64,000 nucleotides of DNA from an uncultured Pseudomonadota bacterium (GCA_963749075.1 CAVVLJ010000004.1:448001-512000), one strand, 5' to 3'. Counted from the stretch's first letter, positions 33,327-42,558 are shown. Notes: generated by a model from the letters alone, not told the origin. Made by a program: numbers and translations.

Positions 33327-34820
33327 ATGCATGAGCTCTTTGCAGCGCTCGCGCGCAACGCCGCCATGGGCCGCAACAGGCCTGCCGTCTCCGACGACGG
33401 GAGCGTCCTCGGCTATGCCGAGCTTGCCGGGCGCGTAGCCGGGCTCGCCGAGGAGATCGCGGCGCTGCCGCCGGTCATCGGCCTCGTCGGCAGCAGCGGC
33501 ATCGATTGGGTCGCGGCGCAGCTCGCCTGCTGGCTCGCCGGCAAGACCGTGGTGCCGCTGCCGGCGTTCTTCCGCCCCGTCCAGCTCGAGCACATCCTCG
33601 CGGATGCCGGCGTCGGCCACGTGCTGGCCGCGCGCGATGCGGCGGCATGGGCGCGACGCTTGCCGCTCCCCACCACGCCCGTCTCGGAGCGGCGCGCCGC
33701 AAGGCTGCCGGAGCTGCGCGAGGGTGCTGGGCAGATCGTCTACACCTCGGGTGCCACCGGCAGGCCCAAGGGGGTCAAGCTCGGCAGCGCCCAGCTCGCA
33801 TGGAGCGCCCGCGCGCTTGCGGAGGCGACGCGCGCGGCGGCCACGGACCTCCACCTCTCCGTCATGCCGCTGGCCCTTCTCCTCGAGACGGTCTCGGCCG
33901 TCATGGTGCCGATTCTCGCGGGTGCCAGCGTGCGGCTCGAGCCGGCCATCGCCGAAGCGGGCATCTCGAGCGCGCCCGGCGGCCTGGCCGAGGCCTTCGG
34001 CCGCGTCGAGCCGACGACCTCGGTGCTCGTTCCCCACCTTCTCGCCGCCTGGGTCGGCGAGCTCACCGCCGCCGGCCGGCCGGCACCCGGAAGCCTCCGC
34101 TTCATCGCGGTCGGCGGCGGGCATGTCTCGCGGGCACTCGCGGCGCGCGCCTGGCGGCTCGGCATCCCGGTCCACGAGGGATACGGGCTCGCGGAGTGCA
34201 GCTCGGTCGTCGCCGTCAACCGCCCGCACGCGCGCAAGCTCGGCACGGTCGGGCGGCCGCTCGCCGGGCTCTCGGTCCATATCGACGACGGCGAGATCGT
34301 GGTGCAGGGAGCCGCGGTCATGGATGGATACGTGCGCGGCCGCCCGGTCGAGGGCCAGTGGCGGACGGGCGATCTTGGCACGATCGACGGCGACGGCTTC
34401 CTCTCGGTCCACGGGCGGCGGGACAACGTTCTCGTCACCGCCTTGGGGCGCACCATCAGCCCGGAATGGATCGAGGGGCTCCTCGCCGACGACCCGCGCA
34501 TCGCCGAGGCGGCGGTCGCCGGCGAGAGGCGCGCCCATCTCGCGGTGCTGCTCGTGCCCTCCGCGGCGGGCGAGCCATGGTTCGCCCGCGCAGAGCCCCG
34601 CGAGGTCACGGCGCTCATCGGCCGTCTCTGCCGCGAGGTGCCGGTCCATGCGGTGCCGCGCCGCTTTCTTGTGGTCACCGCCGCCAAGCTGAAGCGCCTC
34701 GGGCTTGCCGGGCGGGAGGGGCGGCTCAGGCGCGCCGCGACGCTCGACTTCTTCTCGTCCGAGATCGACGGGCTCTACGCCCCGCCGCCGGCGCGTGCCG
34801 TGCTCGAGGCCAGACCATGA
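33327..34820 (+). CDS. AMP-binding enzyme (acyl-CoA synthetase-like)
   Basis: YTSGATGRPKG, EGYGLAEC, WRTGDLG, GRRDNV, ISPEWIE. GGAGG RBS. Confidence 0.9.
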   Translation: MHELFAALARNAAMGRNRPAVSDDGSVLGYAELAGRVAGLAEEIAALPPVIGLVGSSGIDWVAAQLACWLAGKTVVPLPAFFRPVQLEHILADAGVGHVLAARDAAAWARRLPLPTTPVSERRAARLPELREGAGQIVYTSGATGRPKGVKLGSAQLAWSARALAEATRAAATDLHLSVMPLALLLETVSAVMVPILAGASVRLEPAIAEAGISSAPGGLAEAFGRVEPTTSVLVPHLLAAWVGELTAAGRPAPGSLRFIAVGGGHVSRALAARAWRLGIPVHEGYGLAECSSVVAVNRPHARKLGTVGRPLAGLSVHIDDGEIVVQGAAVMDGYVRGRPVEGQWRTGDLGTIDGDGFLSVHGRRDNVLVTALGRTISPEWIEGLLADDPRIAEAAVAGERRAHLAVLLVPSAAGEPWFARAEPREVTALIGRLCREVPVHAVPRRFLVVTAAKLKRLGLAGREGRLRRAATLDFFSSEIDGLYAPPPARAVLEARP

Positions 34821-34868
34821 TGCCGCGTGCGCGCCGCCGGTGCCGCACGCTCAAACGGGAGGACAGTC

Positions 34869-35744
34869 ATGCAGCTTGAGGGAAAGGTGGCGCTCATCAC
34901 CGAGGCGGGCTCCGGCATCGGCCGCGCGCTTGCCTGCGAGGCGGCGCTGCGCGGCATGCGGCCGGTGCTCGCCGGGCGCGGTGCCGCGGCTCTCGAGCGC
35001 ACGGCGTCGATGCTGCCGGCGGACAGCATCTTTTCCATCTTTCCCGCCGACGTGAGCGACGCCTACGCGCGCCGCCTCTTGTGCGCTCATGTCGCCCAAG
35101 AGTGGGGGCAGCTCAACGTCCTGGTGAACAACGGCGGCCTGCCGCTCGCAAGTCCTCTCGCGGCGACGACGGACCGCGACATCGAGCGCTTGATGACGGC
35201 GAACCTCATCGCTCCGATCGCCCTCACGCGGGCGCTCCTGCCGCTTCTCGTGGCTACGGCACCCTCGCGCGTGGTGAACGTGGGATCGCACTTCGGCCAC
35301 GTCCCCTATCCGTTTTTCGCCGCCTATTCCGCGGCCAAGTGCGGCCTCGCCGGCTTCTCGATCGCATTGCGGCGGGAGCTCGGCAGCCTCGGCGTCGGCG
35401 TCACCTACGCGGCACCGCGCGCGACGCCGGCCGAGGCGAGCGGCGCGCTCGAAGCGCTCCGCGAGCCGCTCGGGATGGCGCTCGACATGCCGGAGACCAT
35501 CGCGCGCCGCGTGTGGGAGGCGGTCGCCCGCGAGGCGGACGACGTCCATCCAAACGCGCGCGAGCGGCTCGCTCGGGCGCTTCAGGGCCTGTGGCCCAGG
35601 CTCGGCGACCGCGCCCTGGCGCGGCGTCTCCCGGACGGCAGGCTGCGCAGCCTGCTCCTCAAGGCGATGCCGTGGGTGCGCCCCACGCTCGCGCGGCACC
35701 ATGAGTCGGCGCCGGTTTCCGGCTTGCAATTGCACCGGGCGTGA
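34869..35744 (+). CDS. Short-chain dehydrogenase/reductase with atypical cofactor motif
   Basis: ITEAGSGIG (usually TGxxxGIG), LVNNGG (usually NNAG), intact YSAAK, YAAPRAT. Confidence 0.85.
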   Translation: MQLEGKVALITEAGSGIGRALACEAALRGMRPVLAGRGAAALERTASMLPADSIFSIFPADVSDAYARRLLCAHVAQEWGQLNVLVNNGGLPLASPLAATTDRDIERLMTANLIAPIALTRALLPLLVATAPSRVVNVGSHFGHVPYPFFAAYSAAKCGLAGFSIALRRELGSLGVGVTYAAPRATPAEASGALEALREPLGMALDMPETIARRVWEAVAREADDVHPNARERLARALQGLWPRLGDRALARRLPDGRLRSLLLKAMPWVRPTLARHHESAPVSGLQLHRA

Positions 35745-35788
35745 GCGATGCCGGCGTCGTCCTCGCGCCGCGCGGCGCGCGTCCGGGC

Positions 35789-36955
35789 TCAGGCGCGCTC
35801 CGGCTCCTTGCGGAAGGGGGAGAATTGGGCGAGCGCCTCGCGCTCTTCCGCGACCGCGTGGCGTTCGCGCGCGAGATAGTCGCCGACCGCCCTGGCAAAA
35901 CCCCGGTCGGCGATCCAATGGGCGCTATAGGTCGCCTGGGGCAGGTAGCCGCGCTGGATCTTGTGCGGACCCTGGGCGCCGGCCTCGACGCGCTGCAAGC
36001 CATGGGCGATGGCGAAATCGATGGCGCGGTAGTAGCAGCACTCGAAATGGAGGAAGGGGTAGTCGCCCTCCGAGCCCCAGTTGCGGCCGTAGAGCGTGGT
36101 GCTGCCGCGCAGGTTGAGGGCGCCCGCCACGAGCCGGCCGCGCTCCGCCGCCATGATGAGCACGACCCGCCCGGCCATGGTGGCGCCAAGGCGGGCGAAG
36201 AAATCGCGCGTGAGATAGGGATGGCCCCACTTGCGGTCGCTCGTGTTGCGGTAGAAGCGGAAGAAGGCGTCCCAGTGGCGCTGCGCGATGTCGCCGCCCG
36301 TGAGCGCCATGATCTCGAGGCCGCTCGCGAGCGCCGCCGCGCGCTCCTTGCGGATGTTCTTGCGCTTGCGCGAGCTCAATGCCGCGAGGAAGCCGTCGAA
36401 GCTCGCGTAGCCGCGGTTCTCCCAATGGAACTGCTCGCCCTCGCGCTGAAGGAGGCCGGCGGCACCGAGCGCCCGCCACTCCTCGGCACGCGGGAAGGTG
36501 ATGTGGAGCGAGGAGACGCCGAGGCGCTCGGCCACATCGACCAGGCCTCTGATGAGCGTCTCGCGCGTGCCCGGCGGGGCCAGCGGATGGACGAGGAGGC
36601 GCGGCCCCGTGACCGGCGTGAAGGGCACCGCCACCTGGAGCTTCGGGTAATAGCGTCCGCCCGCGCGCTCGAAGGCGTCCGCCCAGCCGTGGTCGAAGAC
36701 GTACTCGCCGTAGGAGTGGCTCTTGAGATACATGGGTGCGGCCGCGATGAGACGGCCCGCCTTGTCCTCGATGACGAGGTGGCGGGGGAGCCAGCCCGTC
36801 GTGCCGGTTGCCGAGCCGCTCTCCTCGAGGGCCGCGAGGAAGGCGTGGCAGACGCTGGGGTTCTCGGCGCCGGCGAGGGCGTCCCAGGCGGCCGCCTCGA
36901 GCTCGGCCATGCGCTCGACGAGGCGGATGGTCGCGGGCTCGCGGCCGTCAGGCAT
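35789..36955 (-). CDS. GNAT-like DUF482 (FemAB-like) protein
   Basis: HSYGEYVFDHGWA, YYPKL..VPFTPVTG, SSLHITF, LYGRNWG, LHFECCYY, EAGAQGPHK. Confidence 0.93.
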   Translation of the reverse strand: MPDGREPATIRLVERMAELEAAAWDALAGAENPSVCHAFLAALEESGSATGTTGWLPRHLVIEDKAGRLIAAAPMYLKSHSYGEYVFDHGWADAFERAGGRYYPKLQVAVPFTPVTGPRLLVHPLAPPGTRETLIRGLVDVAERLGVSSLHITFPRAEEWRALGAAGLLQREGEQFHWENRGYASFDGFLAALSSRKRKNIRKERAAALASGLEIMALTGGDIAQRHWDAFFRFYRNTSDRKWGHPYLTRDFFARLGATMAGRVVLIMAAERGRLVAGALNLRGSTTLYGRNWGSEGDYPFLHFECCYYRAIDFAIAHGLQRVEAGAQGPHKIQRGYLPQATYSAHWIADRGFARAVGDYLARERHAVAEEREALAQFSPFRKEPERA

Positions 36956-37224
36956 GGCGGGATCCGGAGGGCGCGGAGGGCCTCATGCCCTTGAGGATGG
37001 CGCAGGCCGAGCCGCCCGGCAAGATGCGCCGAGCGAAGGCAGCGGCGGCGAGCTAAGCGATGGCCGACGCACGCCGCGAGAAGCCTTGCGGGCGGCCGGC
37101 AGGCCGCGGCCCCCTAAAGGGGGGCGCCGTCGGGCATCCCGGGCGCTGCGGGAATGACGACCGCGGACGCAGCGGAATTCATATGCTGCTTAGAATCGCG
37201 CGAATGCGCCGAGGTGCGTCGATT

Positions 37225-37641
37225 TCACGCGGCCCGGACGTACGGTGCCGACGACGGTGCGCTGAGCAACTCTTGCCAGGTCGTGCCAAGCCGCTTGCGT
37301 TCCGCTTCCGCGGCCTTCGCCGCGGCGAGGATTTCGCCGTCATGCGCGCTGCCGAGCATCCCGAGGATGGCCGCCAAGCGGTCCTTCGGCTCGGTGTGCG
37401 CAGCGACTTCAGTGTCGGCGAGCATCCATTCGCCGTTGCGGGTGCACCGCAGGACGCCTTGGCGCTCCAAATGCTCGGCCGCTTTGCGGACGCTGGCATA
37501 GATCGCGGGGGACGGCTGCGCGAACGGCGCCGCGACTTCCCACGCGAGAAGCTGAGTGGAAAGGTGCCGCGTCCGGGTGAGGATGGCGATGATCGCGCAT
37601 TCGACGCGATCGAAGCCCGGCCCAATGCGACCGGCATTCAT
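37225..37641 (-). CDS. Hypothetical protein: wHTH-like N-terminus plus LGMLGSAHDGE motif domain
   Basis: ATG at 37641 overlaps the upstream small ORF stop (ATGA). Protein-like composition. Confidence 0.6.
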   Translation of the reverse strand: MNAGRIGPGFDRVECAIIAILTRTRHLSTQLLAWEVAAPFAQPSPAIYASVRKAAEHLERQGVLRCTRNGEWMLADTEVAAHTEPKDRLAAILGMLGSAHDGEILAAAKAAEAERKRLGTTWQELLSAPSSAPYVRAA

Positions 37642-37724
37642 GGCGCGGACCGCAGGGCGAGCGTGAACACGATGGCGATCGCGCCAAGCCAAACAATCAA
37701 GTCATCGGGCAATCTATGGTGCAT
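37638..37724 (-). CDS. 28-aa single-TM peptide MHHRLPDDLIVWLGAIAIVFTLALRSAP
   Basis: Hydrophobic stretch, stop overlaps the next start. Confidence 0.4.
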   Translation of the reverse strand: MHHRLPDDLIVWLGAIAIVFTLALRSAP

Positions 37725-38144
37725 GACACTATCCGACTCCGTGGCACCCCTCTCGGGGATGGTTAGCTTGCCCGCCTTCCTCCAGGCCTCTGCCGGCGGC
37801 CTTAAGACGAGATGAGCAAAAGCGGGGCCACAGCCTCCGGGCCCCGGAACGGGCCCGCGGCGGGGGGCCGGAAAGATCAAAATATCATTTCAAAGCAATC
37901 TGTTACGGCAGAATACCGAGACGGAGACTAAGCTGGGAGCGGTCCTGGCGCGAACCGCCGCCGCCGCTCCGCACTGCATTTCGCTGCAAAAGCCGCGGCA
38001 AATTGCCAAGGCTCGAAGGACCGGCGGATGCCTCCGCCGCCATCCCATGCGGCACTCGGCCGGGCGGGCATCGAGGCGATAATTGCGGGGGCCTGGCAAG
38101 ACCATCTTTGGACTTGCCGCAGGCGAGCGAAAGCCGAACGCCGC

Positions 38145-38609
38145 TCACCCCACCTCGAGCACCGCCGCGACCTCGACCGCGACGTTCGCCGGCAGCGAGC
38201 CGGCGCCGACCGCGAAACGCGCGTGCTTGCCCGCGTCGCCGAACACCTCGACGAAGAGGTCCGAGGCGCCGTTCACCACCTTGGGATGGTCGGTATAGTC
38301 GGGCACCGCATTGACGAAGCCCTGCACCATGACGACGCGCTTCACCCGGTCGAGGCTGCCGAGTGCCGCTTGCGCCTGGGCGAGCACGTTGAGCGCGCAG
38401 AGCCGCGCCGCCGCGCGGCCGTCCTCGAGCGAGATCTCCTTGCCGAGCTTGCCGATGTATTGGAGTTTGCCGTCGAGGAAGGTGACCTGGCCGGAGACGA
38501 AGAGGAGGTTGCCCGCCGCCACCGTGGGCACGTAGTTGGCGACCGGCGCTGCCGCCTTGGGCAGCTCGATCTTGAGCTCCTTGAGACGCGCCTCGATCCC
38601 GCCGGCCAT
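38145..38609 (-). CDS. RidA/YjgF family protein
   Basis: [38 protein letters not shown]. Confidence 0.93.
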   Translation of the reverse strand: MAGGIEARLKELKIELPKAAAPVANYVPTVAAGNLLFVSGQVTFLDGKLQYIGKLGKEISLEDGRAAARLCALNVLAQAQAALGSLDRVKRVVMVQGFVNAVPDYTDHPKVVNGASDLFVEVFGDAGKHARFAVGAGSLPANVAVEVAAVLEVG

Positions 38610-38761
38610 GGCCTGTCCTCCTCGCTATTGACGGTTCCCGCGCAGCACTGCGGCACAAGCGCCGCAGCGGCGGGCGGGAGGATAGCCGCCCGCGCGCGCG
38701 CATGCCAGGATCATTCCGGCGCTATGACGGCACCCTCGCTTGTAGGTGCCACGCACTCCTC

Positions 38762-38865
38762 CTATGATCGCTGGCTATGATCGCTGGCTATGATCGCTGG
38801 CTATGATCGCTGGCTATGATCGCTGGCTATGATCGCTGGCTATGATCGCCGGCTATGAGCGCTGG
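38762..38865. repeat. 13-bp tandem repeat CTATGATCGCTGG, 6 perfect plus 2 degenerate copies
   Basis: Counted directly, no spacers. Confidence 0.97.
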
Positions 38866-38900
38866 CCGGCCATGATCCGCAGCCGGCCGTCCGCATCATC

Positions 38901-39584
38901 ATGGAGGCAGCCCTGCTCCGCGCTCTTGCACTCGCGGCCCTCGTCGCCGTCTCGTTCCTCCCCGCAGCGCCGGCCCGGGCGCAGCTCTTGGCCCTCGAGC
39001 GCTATCTCTCGCCGCCCAAGGTGGATTACGCGGCGGACGTGGTGATGACCGCGGACGGCGCGCCGGTCGAGGGCAGGATCATGCGCTCGACGGGCAAGGA
39101 GCGCCGCGAGATGACCGTCGAGGGCGAGCTCGAGATCGTCATCATCCGGCTCGACCGCAACCTGGTCTGGAGCCTGGCGCCCGACGACAAGCTCTACGTC
39201 GAATCCTCGCTCGACGACGTGCTCGGCCGCACGCCCGACGCCGCGGGCAAGACGCGCGAGCCGCAGCTCACCCTGACGGCACTCGGCAGCGAGCAGGTGG
39301 CGGGCATGCATGCCTCCAAGAAGAAGGTGAGCGGCAAGGAGGCCGACGGCTCTGCCGTCGAGGGGGTGGTGTGGGTGAGCGACGACGGCATCGTGCTGCG
39401 CGCCGAGAGCGCGCTCGTCGACGACGACGGCAAGCACCACAGCCTGCGCATGGAGCTCAAGAACGTCCGCATCGGTCCGCAGAGCCCGGCGCTCTTCGAG
39501 ATACCCGCGGGCTACAAGCGCGTCACGCACGGCAAGACGGGCTCGCTCGCACCCGCGGGCGCCGCGCGCGCCCGCACCGGCTGA
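38901..39584 (+). CDS. Exported DUF4412-like beta-rich protein
   Basis: Signal peptide, IIRLDRNLVW, LGSEQVAG, VWVSDDGIVLR, PALFEIPAGY. Confidence 0.8.
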   Translation: MEAALLRALALAALVAVSFLPAAPARAQLLALERYLSPPKVDYAADVVMTADGAPVEGRIMRSTGKERREMTVEGELEIVIIRLDRNLVWSLAPDDKLYVESSLDDVLGRTPDAAGKTREPQLTLTALGSEQVAGMHASKKKVSGKEADGSAVEGVVWVSDDGIVLRAESALVDDDGKHHSLRMELKNVRIGPQSPALFEIPAGYKRVTHGKTGSLAPAGAARARTG

Positions 39585-39607
39585 GGGCGCCCGCCGGCGG
39601 GGGCGGC

Positions 39608-40177
39608 ATGACCACGGACAGGGGCGAGGTCCCGCTCATCAATATGGCGAACGTCATGCTCGCCGTGCTCAAGGCGGCGGCGCTGGCGGAAGTGGCGGCG
39701 GAGGACTGCGTGGCCGTGCTCATGCGTCAGCTCGCGCGCGTGCACGAGGACGCCGAGGCGGTGCTGGCCGAGCTCGCAGACCGCGTCGCCACGGCACTCG
39801 AGGCGCTCTCGGCGGCGGGTCTCCTCGCGGCCGCCGAGGGCGGGCGCTATCGCCTGACGGCGCGCGGGCGCACCGTGCTCGAGGAGCACCCGATGGGGGT
39901 CGACGATACGGTACTCGCCGAGTTCCGCGAGTTCCGCGACTTCGTGCGACGGCTCGAGGCGCCGGCCCGAACGGCGCCAACGGCGGCTGCCGCACCAAGC
40001 GCCTATCTCGACGGCTACAGCGCCTATCTCGGCGGCCGCCGCGTCACGGAGAACCCGCACCCCGCCGACATGAACGAGCATATGGCCTGGGACGCCGGCT
40101 GGTTCGAGGCGTTCGACGAGGCGCTCGAGAACAGCGCGGACGCGGAGCGCGGCGGCGGGGGAGCGCGTGGCCCATAG
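39608..40177 (+). CDS. Mrr_N-like winged-helix domain fused to an RMF/CrpP-like domain
   Basis: RVATALEALSAAGLL...GRYRLTARGRTVLEEHP...LAEFREFRDF, then AYLDGYSAYLGG....ENPH......AWDAGWFEA. Confidence 0.7.
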   Translation: MTTDRGEVPLINMANVMLAVLKAAALAEVAAEDCVAVLMRQLARVHEDAEAVLAELADRVATALEALSAAGLLAAAEGGRYRLTARGRTVLEEHPMGVDDTVLAEFREFRDFVRRLEAPARTAPTAAAAPSAYLDGYSAYLGGRRVTENPHPADMNEHMAWDAGWFEAFDEALENSADAERGGGGARGP

Positions 40178-41555
40178 CGCCGGCTCGGGCGACGCGCGCC
40201 GCGGCTCTTCCGGCCTGGCGCGCGCCTGGCGCGTCCACAAGAACGCGCTCGCCGCCTGGTCGGACGACGCCTTCCGCGAGGAGCTGATCGAGATCCGCAT
40301 GCTCTTCCGCCGCGTGCTCGTATTGAACGCGCCCGCGGCGGTCAAGCATGTGCTGCTCGACCGCGCCGACAATTACGTGAAGAGCTTCATCGCGCGCCAG
40401 CTCCTGAAGCCGCTCGGCCAGGGCCTGCTCACGAGCGAGGGGGCGGCCTGGCGCCGCCAGCGCCGCACCATGGCGCCCGCCTTCCACCCGAGGCGCATCG
40501 AGGCCTTGGCCCCGCTCATGGTGGAGGCGACGCTCGAGCGGCTCGCCGCCTGGGAGCGCCTCGGCGAGGGCGCCGTCCTCGACGTGGCCGAGGAGATGGC
40601 TCGCCTCACCCTCGACATCATCACGCGCACCATGTTCTCGAGCGACATCCGCGAGCGCGTGGACGAGGTGCGGCGGGCGGTGCTCGCCTACCAGCGCGTG
40701 GGGGGACGGCCGGCGCTCTTCGATCTTCTCGGCCTGCCGCGCTGGCTGCCGCGGCTCCAGGCCTTGCGCATGCGCGATCCGGGCGCAGCACTCGACGCCA
40801 TCATCTACGAGATCATCGAGCGGCGGCGGCGCGGGCCCGCATCGCCCGACGACCTCCTGGGCCTCCTCCTCGCGGCGCGCGACGAGGAGAGCGGTGCCGC
40901 AATGGACGACCGCGAGCTGCGCGACCAGACCTCCACCATCTTCACCGCCGGTCACGAGACGACCGCCAACGCGCTGGCCTGGACCTGGTACCTCCTCGCC
41001 CTCCATCCCGCGGTCGAGGCGAGGCTGAGGGATGAGCTCAGAGCCGTGCTCGGCGGCCGCGCGCCCGCCGGCGGCAACGTCCCGCGCCTCCCCTACACGC
41101 GCATGGTGATCGAGGAGGCGATGCGGCTCTATCCGCCGGCCCACACCATGTCGCGCGAGGCGCTCGCCGACGACGAGATCATGGGCCGCAAGGTGCCCAA
41201 GGGCTCGACCGTGGTGATCTCGCCCTGGCTCATCCATCGCCACGAGAAGCTGTGGGAGCGCCCGCTCGTCTTCGATCCGGAGCGCATGGCGCCCGAGCGC
41301 CAGGAGAGCCGGCCGCGCTACGCCTATCTCCCCTTCGGCGGCGGGCCGCGCATCTGCATCGGCGCCGGCTTCGCCATGCAGGAGGCGATCCTCATCGTGG
41401 CGAGCGTGGCCCAGCGCTTCCGCTTGAGCCTCCTCCCGGGCCACGCCATCGAGCCGGTGGGCCTCATCACGCTCAAGCCCAAGGGCGGCTTGCCCATGCG
41501 CCTCGAGCGGCGCACGTCTCACACGGCGGCGCGGCACACGGCGCCGATCTTGTAG
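40167..41555 (+). CDS. Cytochrome P450
   Basis: AGHETT, EAMR (ExxR), FDPER, FGGGPRICIG heme motif. Confidence 0.95.
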   Translation: MAHSAGSGDARRGSSGLARAWRVHKNALAAWSDDAFREELIEIRMLFRRVLVLNAPAAVKHVLLDRADNYVKSFIARQLLKPLGQGLLTSEGAAWRRQRRTMAPAFHPRRIEALAPLMVEATLERLAAWERLGEGAVLDVAEEMARLTLDIITRTMFSSDIRERVDEVRRAVLAYQRVGGRPALFDLLGLPRWLPRLQALRMRDPGAALDAIIYEIIERRRRGPASPDDLLGLLLAARDEESGAAMDDRELRDQTSTIFTAGHETTANALAWTWYLLALHPAVEARLRDELRAVLGGRAPAGGNVPRLPYTRMVIEEAMRLYPPAHTMSREALADDEIMGRKVPKGSTVVISPWLIHRHEKLWERPLVFDPERMAPERQESRPRYAYLPFGGGPRICIGAGFAMQEAILIVASVAQRFRLSLLPGHAIEPVGLITLKPKGGLPMRLERRTSHTAARHTAPIL

Positions 41556-41914
41556 CCGTCCGGGTCGAGCACGAAGGCACCGTAGTAGTGCGCGTCATAT
41601 TCGGGGCGCAGGCCCGGCGCGCCGTTATCCACGGCGCCGCGCGCAAGTGCTGCGGCATGGAAGGCATCCACCGCGGCGCGCGAGCTCGCGCCGAAGCAGA
41701 AGTGAAGGCCGAGGCCGGGCTCGACCGCACCTTGCGGCCGGCGCGCGAGGATCCAGAAGACCGCATGGCCCGGGCCGTAGCCGATGCCGCCCCGCACCTC
41801 CTTGGCGCGCGCCAAGCCGAGCGGCGCCAAGGCCGCATCATAGAAGGCGGCCGCCGCCGCGAGATCGGCGACGGCGATCGAGGCGTGGTCGAGCGGCGCA
41901 TAGGGCCGGCTCAT
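41519..41914 (-). CDS. VOC (glyoxalase) family protein
   Basis: LDHASIAV, FYDAALAPLG, AVDAFHAAAL, DNGAPGLR, YYGAFVLDPDG. Confidence 0.92.
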   Translation of the reverse strand: MSRPYAPLDHASIAVADLAAAAAFYDAALAPLGLARAKEVRGGIGYGPGHAVFWILARRPQGAVEPGLGLHFCFGASSRAAVDAFHAAALARGAVDNGAPGLRPEYDAHYYGAFVLDPDGYKIGAVCRAAV

Positions 41915-41981
41915 GGCTACCTCATTCCAGCGGGTCGGGCCGTCCAGTGCAGTAATCCTGACATTTGATCCCGATCTACGC

Positions 41982-42086
41982 CGTCATGCGCGCCCCCGGG
42001 CTCTTCGACCCGGGGGTGTCCCGCGCATCCACGCCTACGGCGGCTCCGGCAAGGCGTGGACGGCCGTGACAAGCACGGCCATGACG
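41982..42086. repeat. REP-like palindromic element (CGTCATG...GGCCGTGACAAGCACGGCCATGACG type)
   Basis: Terminal CGTCATG/CATGACG with nested hairpins CCCCCGGG/CCCGGGGG and TCCACGCC/GGCGTGGA. Confidence 0.75.
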
Positions 42087-42104
42087 TTCGTTGGGCATGC
42101 GAAT

Positions 42105-42271
42105 CGTCCGTTGGAAACAGTACACGAGGAGGTTTCAAGGTCCGCTCAATCAGCCGACCCGATCGTGTGCGACAGGATCGTGCCAGCAATGGCGCGTTGC
42201 ACGCCCGAAACCGGCTTCCGTTCACGCGTCGGAATATTCGCGCTCCCGCGCGGCGTGAAGCGCAGCTTCAT
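42105..42271 (-). pseudogene. Degenerate RelE/ParE-like toxin remnant
   Basis: Starts MKLRFTPR with ATGA overlap to the antitoxin-like gene. Frame stops after 41 codons, with an out-of-frame VLFP remnant downstream. Confidence 0.5.
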
Positions 42272-42495
42272 GGGTCGAAGCGGCGGAACGCCGCTTCGAC
42301 TTCGGCATCGGTCGCGAACTGGCGGCGTTTGGCCTGGGCGAGGCTTTCCAATACGTCGGCCAGGTGCTGAGGATCGATTTCCTCCGGCTCTCCCTCGCCT
42401 CCCACCATGTTGAGCATGGCGCGGGCGATCTCGTCCTGGCTCTCGGGCGGCAAGCGGTGAACCGCTGCGAGAGCCTTTTCCAAGAGCTTGGTCAT
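42268..42495 (-). CDS. Small antitoxin-like protein (MTKLLEKA...QDEIA...FATDAEVEAAFRRF)
   Basis: 75 aa, sequence pattern typical of ParE-associated antitoxins. Confidence 0.7.
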   Translation of the reverse strand: MTKLLEKALAAVHRLPPESQDEIARAMLNMVGGEGEPEEIDPQHLADVLESLAQAKRRQFATDAEVEAAFRRFDP

Positions 42496-42558
42496 GGGGG
42501 AAAGAATAAGCGGTCTTCCGGCGAGAAAATAGCCACTTTGCAGATAGGCCGTATTACG

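Noticed and set aside
38762-38865. Possible CRISPR array
   Set aside because: Units are 13 bp, directly abutting with no spacers, and there are no cas genes in the window.
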